Assembly (NCBI GenBank): GCA_036399775.1
Contig: DASWMJ010000009.1
Coordinates: forward strand, 3,866-67,865
Origin: Chloroflexia bacterium
GTDB taxonomy: Bacteria; Chloroflexota; Chloroflexia; QHBQ01; JADMIH01
Direction: 5' to 3'
DNA: 64,000 nucleotides
Positions 57,392 through 64,000 of this stretch are shown here, piece after piece. The translations under genes were made by a program, and so were the position numbers. The notes under the pieces were generated by a model. That model made no database searches and was not told the DNA's origin. It worked only from the letters and a program-made list of their open reading frames with translations. Each line of letters begins with the position of its first letter. Positions within the stretch are counted from its first letter, which is position 1.

Positions 57392-58603
57392 TTACTCGCC
57401 GCTCCAATTGCGCCTCAACTGGATCGGTTCCTCCACGTGGCGCTCAGGCTTGCCTGCGCGGTGGCGCGTGGCAGGCATCAGGTCTTCTTCGCCGTAAGCC
57501 TGGGAAGGGGTCTGCGTATGGGATACCAGGTAATCAACGGCTTTGCGGACCTCGGCTTCGCTAGCGCCTGCGGCCTGGAAGCGTATTAGCTCTGCGTTGA
57601 GCGTGATGAGGAAGTCGCCCGCGCCCAACAGGCCATGCGCGCCTGAGCCTTTGATGCCTGTCGCCAGGCGCGCGGCCTCCTGCGATGAGACCCAGCCGCT
57701 GATGCGCGCACTCCACCGCACGTCACCCAGGCGTTCAGGCTGCTGGGCCGACACTACCATGTGGATGTTGTGCCTGCGCCCCTCCATGAGAAGGCGGCTG
57801 AGCGCGTCTAGGGCTTCGGCGTCCGCCCGTCGGTTGCCGGTCGAGCATAGCTCGTCGGCCCCATCAACCATGACCACGAGAACAGGTTCCTCTGCATGGC
57901 CTGAGTACTCAAAGAGCCGTTCATCCTCTCTCGTGTCGTCATCATCGAAGCTTAGCTCGTCGCGCTCGGAGAGGTGGAGACGGCGGGTCAGGGTGCGTAA
58001 AGCCCAGCGCAGGCTGACCAGCGAATTGACGGGGCCGCGCGCCACCGGGCAGGCGAGGTGGGGCAGGCCGTCCAACCCTCTGAACGCGCTGCCGTCCGCC
58101 GCGCCACTCAACAGCAGGAGGCCCATCCTTTGGGGCGAATTGTGCAGGGCAAGGGAGAGGGCCATACCCCTGAGCAGGCTGCTTTTGCCCGCGCCCGGGT
58201 TGCCCGCGACAATCACCGGGTCTACGTCGGGTGAGTTGAGCCTCAGGAGGAGGGGAGTGCTGTCCGTGTCGAGGCCCAGCGTAGCGGTGAAGGGCGGGAC
58301 CACGTCAGCGACGCGCTGTACCAGGGGCAGCAAGCGCACGGGCACGGGGTCGGGTCGGGGCACTTCCAGGTAAACGCCCTCGTCGGTGGGCGCGAGCCTG
58401 CACGATACCACGCCAAGCGCGTCGGCTATTTCAGGTACGAGGGAGGTTAGTTGAGCAGGCCGCACGCCCGGCGGCAGCATAATGTGGAAATGCGTGAGCC
58501 GGGGCGACATTTTACCGCCGTCTACCTGCCCTTTGATGCCGTGTATGTGCAGCACGTATTCGATGCTGTTGGCCTGCCGGTCCAGTATGTCTCGTAGTGC
58601 CAT
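57392..58603 (-). CDS. Soluble FtsK/SpoIIIE-family ATPase paralogue (alpha+beta motor domains only)
   Basis: N-terminal ...LDRQANSIEYVLHIHGIKGQV...VSCRLAPTDEGVYLEVP parallels the FtsK alpha domain. Walker A VIVAGNPGAGKSSLL, Walker B VLVVMVDGADEL, ...MVVSAQQP.... No TM helices or gamma domain. Stop overlaps the DinB-family gene start. Confidence 0.75.
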   Translation of the reverse strand: MALRDILDRQANSIEYVLHIHGIKGQVDGGKMSPRLTHFHIMLPPGVRPAQLTSLVPEIADALGVVSCRLAPTDEGVYLEVPRPDPVPVRLLPLVQRVADVVPPFTATLGLDTDSTPLLLRLNSPDVDPVIVAGNPGAGKSSLLRGMALSLALHNSPQRMGLLLLSGAADGSAFRGLDGLPHLACPVARGPVNSLVSLRWALRTLTRRLHLSERDELSFDDDDTREDERLFEYSGHAEEPVLVVMVDGADELCSTGNRRADAEALDALSRLLMEGRRHNIHMVVSAQQPERLGDVRWSARISGWVSSQEAARLATGIKGSGAHGLLGAGDFLITLNAELIRFQAAGASEAEVRKAVDYLVSHTQTPSQAYGEEDLMPATRHRAGKPERHVEEPIQLRRNWSGE

Positions 58604-58690
58604 GGTAGTGACCTCGGATAATCTTAGGTAGTCTTATTTGCTCTCTGGTGGCGTATCAAAAAAGTAGCGAGGGAACGCCACCCTACTATT

Positions 58691-58859
58691 CCTGTCATTC
58701 TGAGCGAAGCGAAGAATCTCGATCCTCGCGTAGATGCTTATGGTACGCCTTGTATGCTTACCCGACACGATCTCTGAGAGCGAGATTCTTCTTTCTTACG
58801 AATAATCCCGGCATTGTTCGCGAGGATCGAGATTCTTCGCTTCGCTCAGAATGACAAGG
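58691..58859. repeat. MITE-like palindromic element A, copy 2
   Basis: cctgtcattctgagcgaagcgaagaatctcgatcctcgcgta ... cgcgaggatcgagattcttcgcttcgctcagaatgacaagg. Confidence 0.65.
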
Positions 58860-58929
58860 CTTACTTTATTCGCTTACTCCTCACAATCTGCTTGCCCATG
58901 TGAAGTAACTGCTCAGATACGGGTTGACA

Positions 58930-59463
58930 TTATGCCTGCTGTAGCTGCTCCTCCGATTCTGGCTTTTCCAGCCAGGCGCTTATCGGCCCGAGGTGCTCTG
59001 GATAGTGCTCGAAGGTGTTCTCAGCGATGAGCCGCCAGGGCTTCCAGTCGGGAGGCATATCTTCGTAAAGGGAGGCGTCGTTCAGGTCTTCATCAGATAG
59101 CTTCTCGATTTCTGCGACAAGCTGCGCGTATACCTGTTGCGCTTCCGACAAGACTTCATCCAGTGATAGATGCTTGCCCTCCTCCACCATCGCGGTATTA
59201 CGCTCGGTTTGGGGCAGATCCCAGAGGTCGGAGCCTGTCAGCTTGTGCTGCCGGAATACCTCTATAATCTCGCGTTCGCCCCACAACACATGGTATATGA
59301 CATCCTTGACCGTCCACTCCGACCCATCTCCCATCACCCCAGGCTCCGTCATGCGCGCCGACGGTATCCGCGAAATGAGCGCGTCCCACTCCTGGCGGGC
59401 GCTACGCATCGCCTCCAACACCTCTGCCTTGCTCATTTCTTCACCCATTCTCGACCCTCTCAA
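58930..59463 (-). CDS. DfsB/ClbS-family (DUF1706-like) four-helix-bundle protein
   Basis: WTVKDVIYHVLWGEREII... and C-terminal ...FEHYPEH... resemble the ClbS/DfsB pattern (recall only). Confidence 0.55.
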   Translation of the reverse strand: MRGSRMGEEMSKAEVLEAMRSARQEWDALISRIPSARMTEPGVMGDGSEWTVKDVIYHVLWGEREIIEVFRQHKLTGSDLWDLPQTERNTAMVEEGKHLSLDEVLSEAQQVYAQLVAEIEKLSDEDLNDASLYEDMPPDWKPWRLIAENTFEHYPEHLGPISAWLEKPESEEQLQQA

Positions 59464-59514
59464 ATGCGGAATGCCGAATATGACCTTCGCAAATCACGTT
59501 TTACGTTTCACGTT

Positions 59515-60234
59515 TCACGCATCACACTTGAGTACCATCGTCACCACGCCCTGCACGCGTACCGGGTCGCGGTCGCCTTCGCGGCGGCCTGGGAAGATGC
59601 GGATGGGGTCGGTGGAGGCATTGGCTGATTGTAGGAAGATGTGGTCGCGGCGCTTGTAGAACCGCTTGAGGGTGGCGAGACCTTCCGCGCCTGCCGCGTC
59701 CCCGGCGGTGAAGCCTGCTACCACGAAATCGCCGTCTTCGGCCCAGTTCTGCGGGCGCACTATCACAACGTCGCCCGGCTCGATGCCGACGTGGGTCATG
59801 GAGGTGCCGCGCACGCGCAGAGCGTAAGAGCCGCCACGCGCCAGGGCTTTCTCCACCAGCACGCCGCCTTCGTAGTCGAGGCAGTCGTACTCCTGGTAGG
59901 CCACCGTCACATCGTACTGCCCCGCCGCGATCTCGCCTATGACGGGCAGGCGGGACACGCTGGCTGCGGGCTTGCGGCGCTGCCTCTCCACATTGGAGAC
60001 GTAGACGCTGCTGTTGTGCTTGTTGCGCTCCGGCCTGCTCTGCTGTTCGTCCGAAAGGGTAGGCTCTCCACCGAGCACGCGGTATGCCTCAGCTTCAGGC
60101 TTGAACGCCTTGAGGCTGACGCTGCTCACCCAATCGGGCGGCGCTGCTACCGTGCGGGTGAAGCGCGCCCAGGCCGGGTTAGGCCCCGCCTGCGGCCCGC
60201 GATGTGGTGAAAATCCCGGCAATCGAATTACCAT
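59515..60234 (-). CDS. S24-family peptidase (LexA/UmuD-like C-terminal domain) with non-canonical N-terminus
   Basis: C-terminus GTSMTHVGIEPGDVVIVRPQNWAEDGDFVVAGFTAGDAAGAEGLATLKRFYKR is the S24 catalytic domain (Ser in GTSM, Lys in LKRF). The N-terminal ~110 aa lack an obvious wHTH. Start uncertain. Confidence 0.6.
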   Translation of the reverse strand: MVIRLPGFSPHRGPQAGPNPAWARFTRTVAAPPDWVSSVSLKAFKPEAEAYRVLGGEPTLSDEQQSRPERNKHNSSVYVSNVERQRRKPAASVSRLPVIGEIAAGQYDVTVAYQEYDCLDYEGGVLVEKALARGGSYALRVRGTSMTHVGIEPGDVVIVRPQNWAEDGDFVVAGFTAGDAAGAEGLATLKRFYKRRDHIFLQSANASTDPIRIFPGRREGDRDPVRVQGVVTMVLKCDA

Positions 60235-60250
60235 TGTGCCTACCTCCTAA

Positions 60251-60371
60251 CGTATTGCGTAGTGCGTATTTCGTATTGCAATGGAGTTAGTGAACTTGAG
60301 TTGTGGAAGCTAGCTATTACTAACCCTCTTTGATTGGGACCTTACGCAATACGAAATACGCACTACGTAAG
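60251..60371. repeat. Inverted pair of heptamer arrays (CGTATTG/CGTAGTG) around a ~75-bp centre
   Basis: cgtattgcgtagtgcgtatttcgtattgca ... ttacgcaatacgaaatacgcactacgtaa (exact reverse-complement arms). Confidence 0.8.
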
Positions 60372-60471
60372 GATGGATGGCGAACCGGCCAGGGATAAGC
60401 CCCAGGCCGGCGCACTCTATTTAGGGTATGCACCCGGCGCATACCTCTAATGACTCAGTTATCGCTTATTT

Positions 60472-61170
60472 TTAGTCCAGGCGGCGGATGACGCCCACTA
60501 CCCTGCCCTTGATCTCTACGTTGTCGGGCTGGGTGAAGATGGGGGACATGGTGCTGTTGGCGGGCTGCAAGCGAACGCGCCCCTCTTCGAGGTAGAACCT
60601 CTTGAGGGTAGCTTCCTGCTCGGCCTTGAGCCATGCCGCGACGGTCTGGCCGTTCTCGGCTGTCTCCCGCGCTTCGAGGATCACCAGATCGCCGTCGTTG
60701 ATGAGGGCGTCTATCATGGAGGTCCCCTTGACGCGCAGGGCGTACAGGCGGTCTATGTGCGTCGCGTGGCGGCCCAGGAAGTCACCTGTCACCTCCACCG
60801 TGTCGTCGGTCGCCGCGCCCATGCGGATGTCTTCCAGCACGGGGATGGGGGAACCGGCGGCGATGGGCGTTGGCGCGACGGGTATCATGTAGGCCGGCTG
60901 GCGGTTGCGGCTGCGCCCGTTGCTGTCCACAAGCTCTATCGCCCGTGACTTATTGCGGTCGCGCCTGATGTAGCCCGCCTCCTCCAATGCGCGCAGGTTG
61001 TAGTCTACAACCGACGTGGAGGTGTTGCCCGATGCCGTGCGCACGAGGCCTGCCTTCTCGACTTCGCCCTTGATCTCGCGGATAGAAGGCGCGTAGCCGT
61101 GTTCCCGGAGGTAGTCGCCGATGAAGGACAGGATAAAGCGTTGGCGTTCCGATAATCGCTTCTTTTTCAT
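60472..61170 (-). CDS. lexA: LexA repressor
   Basis: N-terminal wHTH LSERQRFILSFIGDYLREHGYAPSIREI. Cleavage/catalytic domain ...ALRVKGTSMIDALINDGDLVILEARETAENGQTVAAWLKAEQEATLKRFY. Confidence 0.88.
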   Translation of the reverse strand: MKKKRLSERQRFILSFIGDYLREHGYAPSIREIKGEVEKAGLVRTASGNTSTSVVDYNLRALEEAGYIRRDRNKSRAIELVDSNGRSRNRQPAYMIPVAPTPIAAGSPIPVLEDIRMGAATDDTVEVTGDFLGRHATHIDRLYALRVKGTSMIDALINDGDLVILEARETAENGQTVAAWLKAEQEATLKRFYLEEGRVRLQPANSTMSPIFTQPDNVEIKGRVVGVIRRLD

Positions 61171-61270
61171 GGTTCTATTTCCTCTCTAGTGCTCCCCCGG
61201 AGCTTTTGCATATAATGGGCATTCTGAATTTCTTGCGATACGCCCGATATGCCTAGGGCGACTATAGCAT

Positions 61271-61284
61271 AGAACCAATGTTCT
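61271..61284. promoter_or_regulatory. Candidate LexA operator (Cheo-box-like GAAC-N4-GTTC) between lexA and the divergent cvpA-like gene
   Basis: agaaccaatgttct, ~100 bp upstream of the lexA start codon. Palindromic GAAC/GTTC half-sites with a 4-nt spacer. Confidence 0.45.
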
Positions 61285-61325
61285 TGTCAATACCTTTTTG
61301 CACTAATTTGGAACAAATATGCTGA

Positions 61326-61460
61326 TTCGTATTGCGTAGTGCGTATTGCGTATTGCATGTGAACCACAAAGACACAAAGAACACTAAGGTTTCGGGATTG
61401 AACCATAGGAGCGCTGAGGCTATTAGAAGCTTTACGCAATACGTACTACGTAGTACGAGG
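61326..61460. repeat. Composite repeat: CGTATTG heptamer array + GAACCACAAAGACACAAAGAACACTAAG unit + inverted heptamer array
   Basis: cgtattgcgtagtgcgtattgcgtattg catgt gaaccacaaagacacaaagaacactaagg ... ctttacgcaatacgtactacgtagtacg. The unit matches 41555-41585 in opposite orientation. Confidence 0.75.
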
Positions 61461-61570
61461 CGCCTTTTACGTTTGGGCCATATGCCGGTGTGACTTATGT
61501 CCTATTCCTCGCTGGGGGTGGTGCCGTTAGAATGATGGGGTATGAGTGTGTGCAGTAGGGGGTTTAGTCT

Positions 61571-62182
61571 GTGCGTGAGCTAATCAATCTTATACCGTTC
61601 TTGGACATAGCCATTGGAGTGTTGGTGCTCTTTTTCCTGTACCTGGGGTGGAATCATGGCGTGCCGAAGCTGTTGATGGTCATAGGGGCTATCTACACGG
61701 GGTTTCTGCTGGCTTCGGTCTACTATCATCTTATTGGGGTGAAGCTTGCCACCGTGTTCAAGATAAAGAGCGCGTTCGTAGCCGACCTGATTACGTTCCT
61801 GGCGCTTGACGCGCTGGTTACCATATTTATGCTGGTTGTGCTGCTCAATGTTTTCAAGCACGTGCAGTTCAAAGGGCGGGTCGTGGTGTTCGATAAGATA
61901 GCGGGGTCGGTGGTGGGTCTCTTCGCGGCGGTGCTGGTCGCAGGCATCCTGATAGCTTTGTTGAGGGTGCCCTACGAGGCTGGCAAGAGCAAGATCAACC
62001 CGGCAACGGATGTGCCTGCGGTGCAGGTGTTCAATAACGCTTATGAGAAATCCGCGCTCGCACCCAATTTCCTGAAGGCCGCACCGCTATTTATACGTAC
62101 CGTAGCGCCGCTATTGCCAACGGAGACTAAGGAGAAGGGCGCAGTGCCTCTGCTTCAAAGTATAGTGGTGTCGCAGCAGTAG
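61571..62182 (+). CDS. CvpA-family membrane protein
   Basis: N-terminus LIPFLDIAIGVLVLFFLYLGWNHGVPKLL and 3-4 TM helices are typical of colicin V production protein CvpA. GTG start. Confidence 0.65.
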   Translation: MRELINLIPFLDIAIGVLVLFFLYLGWNHGVPKLLMVIGAIYTGFLLASVYYHLIGVKLATVFKIKSAFVADLITFLALDALVTIFMLVVLLNVFKHVQFKGRVVVFDKIAGSVVGLFAAVLVAGILIALLRVPYEAGKSKINPATDVPAVQVFNNAYEKSALAPNFLKAAPLFIRTVAPLLPTETKEKGAVPLLQSIVVSQQ

Positions 62183-62230
62183 TTCAGAGCTCCAGGGCGC
62201 AAGCCTGGGGAACGACAACACAATATAGTT

Positions 62231-62316
62231 TATAGCCCCGGAGGGGCGTAAGACGTTTAGCGCAGAGCCGATCACGACTCTATATCCGCTACATCTTACG
62301 CCCCTCCGGGGCTATT
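62231..62316. repeat. MITE-like palindromic element B, copy 2
   Basis: tatagccccggaggggcgtaag ... cttacgcccctccggggctat with a 43-bp spacer. Confidence 0.65.
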
Positions 62317-62475
62317 TTGGGAGAGAATAGCTTTCCCGGGCCAAAGCTTACCTCCTAGTCATCCTGAGTGCTGCACTAACAAAAGCGTTGCCAATAATCC
62401 AACTGTTGAAAATGACATATAGAGCAGCTGATCTCTCACAGACAGCAATTTATAACTCGCTTCGAGCATTTTCAC

Positions 62476-63177
62476 CTATCGAATACGTCGTCGGAACCGT
62501 CTCGGAAAGAAGAACAGAATAGGTCTAAGAAAGAATCCAACAATAGGGACTGCGATATCGGTGCCAATGTCTATTTCGATGAACTGATCGATACTTCTTA
62601 CTCCTTTGATATATCCTTCGACTCTGAATGGCCCTGATAACTGCGTACCTATTATCTGTAAGTGAAACCAATTATGATCATTGATGAGCGTCTTTTCCAG
62701 TGTCACGGTTCCACCATTGGCAGTTGCATTTAGCTGTAGGCTTGGTGGATGAGACTCAGTAGTATAGGCTTCATATATGTGGGCATTGCTATCTACGAAT
62801 GTCACTTGAATTGGCATCTCGTAGTCTGATGGCTCAATTGGAAGTTCACCAGTATTGGCAAACTTTAATATGACAACGTCAGGATTAGTTATCACCCGAC
62901 GTCCGAGTTTCAGTGATATGATCTTGGTACTGGCTGCTGGGCTTCTAAGACCCGGTAGTGGTCCCTGTGAGAGGATTTGATACATCAAAACCTTTCGTTT
63001 CGTTGCGACCCTAATCGTGACGATAATGGCTAATACGGAAAGGAGAATGGCAATGATTGTCCCTATGCCTTGAATGCCTGTCCATATTGGGTTGCTCAAA
63101 TCAGGGAACCGTGGAGGTATGTCTGTCTGACTGACCACCGTCTGTGTTATTGCTCGACTAGTAAACTCATCGCTCAT
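62476..63177 (-). CDS. Hypothetical membrane-anchored protein in a low-GC region
   Basis: 233 aa with one N-proximal TM (IGTIIAILLSVLAIIVTI). AT-rich DNA (about 42% GC by eye). Confidence 0.45.
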   Translation of the reverse strand: MSDEFTSRAITQTVVSQTDIPPRFPDLSNPIWTGIQGIGTIIAILLSVLAIIVTIRVATKRKVLMYQILSQGPLPGLRSPAASTKIISLKLGRRVITNPDVVILKFANTGELPIEPSDYEMPIQVTFVDSNAHIYEAYTTESHPPSLQLNATANGGTVTLEKTLINDHNWFHLQIIGTQLSGPFRVEGYIKGVRSIDQFIEIDIGTDIAVPIVGFFLRPILFFFPRRFRRRIR

Positions 63178-63784
63178 ATCAGAGTACTCCGTTGCAGCTA
63201 AACGTACGCAACAATCTCTTGCTATGGATCATCTAGATGATGCCAGCCCTTCTCCTATCGCCGTCTGGTTCGACCAACTCTCACGTTGTGCATAAAGATC
63301 ATGTCTAAGCAGCTAGGAAATTAGCACATTAGACTCATTTGATTGCTCATACCATCACAATATTTGGTAATGATAATTTCATTTGCTAGCATATATTGAC
63401 ATAATGGTAACCTATCGAGTATATTACGCTCATAGGTTCTAATTTTGTATTTGTTCGTGGTTATATCAGTAGGTAGGATGGTATAGAGGAAACTAATGGC
63501 CTTATGCAGGCGTCGTAGACATTGACAATTGTATGGCTCTCGTATATCTTCATAACTGCGGAAAGACAAACCAATCGGTTCTGATCTTTCCACCCCAATC
63601 CAAGGGGCGAGTTTGTCCTGCAATGCTTACCCGCCTCCTGTTTCCTCATCCCTTTTTCTTATGGTACTACCTCAGCAATAGAAGTATTGAGTTTTACACG
63701 AACTTTTCTAGAATTCTTCTACCAACTGCCTGAAAATATTCGGCAAATCAGGTAGACAATGGTTGGTCAAGGATGGGAGGATCC

Positions 63785-64000
63785 ATGCGTAAAGGTGTTA
63801 CGATAGATGATGCGGCACGAAAGCTCCGCCTGAGCACTAAGACAGTAAGGCGTTATGTCGAAATTGGGAAATTATCAGGGGAGAAAATAGATGGACGTTG
63901 GATAATCAACCTCCCTGAAGACGTAGAAGAGTACGTGGATCAAGAAGGTTTCAGCGTTTCAAGTCTTCAAGCTCAATTAGAAGCAATGAGGACAGAGCGT
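63785..64000 (+). CDS. Excisionase/AlpA-family helix-turn-helix DNA-binding protein, 3'-truncated by the window edge
   Basis: GGGAGG RBS then ATG at 63785. MRKGVTIDDAARKLRLSTKTVRRYVEIGKLSGEKIDGRWII matches the Xis/excisionase-family HTH pattern (ITI.EAA..LG.S..T.YR....G.L.A.K.G..WRI). Not in the ORF track because no stop falls within the window. Confidence 0.6.
   Translation, partial: MRKGVTIDDAARKLRLSTKTVRRYVEIGKLSGEKIDGRWIINLPEDVEEYVDQEGFSVSSLQAQLEAMRTER

Noticed and set aside
1-64000. rRNA and tRNA genes
   Set aside because: No stretch resembling 16S, 23S or 5S, or the conserved tRNA T-arm or D-arm motifs, was seen by eye. This cannot be excluded without tRNAscan or Infernal.

Overview
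High-GC (roughly 60%+ by eye) bacterial chromosomal segment, plausibly Chloroflexota-like; that assignment is inference from SLH-like surface proteins and gene content and is not verified. Both strands are densely coding with housekeeping genes: ftsK, serS, metG, ispD-ispF preceded by a YacL-like PIN/TRAM gene, dtd, msrB-msrA, corA, lexA, a DUF4129-DUF4350-MoxR-DUF58 operon, an oligopeptide-type ABC permease cluster, an ABC-2 exporter pair, a multicopper oxidase with a ZIP transporter, and two large paralogous beta-propeller surface proteins carrying modified SLH domains. Superimposed on this backbone are several short, visibly lower-GC (mid-40s % by eye) insertions and an unusually rich repeat landscape. 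(1) Two islets (9182-10616 and 50081-52146) are each bounded by a direct duplication of the 3' end of the adjacent conserved gene, and the copies differ almost only at synonymous codon positions; they carry uncharacterised cargo ORFs and are the best candidates for novel accessory or defence-like modules. (2) An IS200/RAYT-type transposase sits between two copies of a ~125-bp REP-like palindrome, with a third solo copy elsewhere. (3) Two MITE-like palindromic elements are each present twice. (4) A pervasive family of intergenic tandem-heptamer arrays, often as inverted pairs, occasionally runs into coding sequence (ispD C-terminus, inside DUF58). Also present are a Phd/PIN toxin-antitoxin insert, a DUF6883/DUF4926 pair, a soluble FtsK-like paralogue in an operon with a DinB-family gene, two LexA-type genes with a Cheo-like box, and a low-GC region at the 3' edge that begins with an excisionase-family HTH gene. 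No rRNA, tRNA or CRISPR arrays were recognised. All family calls rest on motif recognition by eye from the supplied translations; no database search was run.
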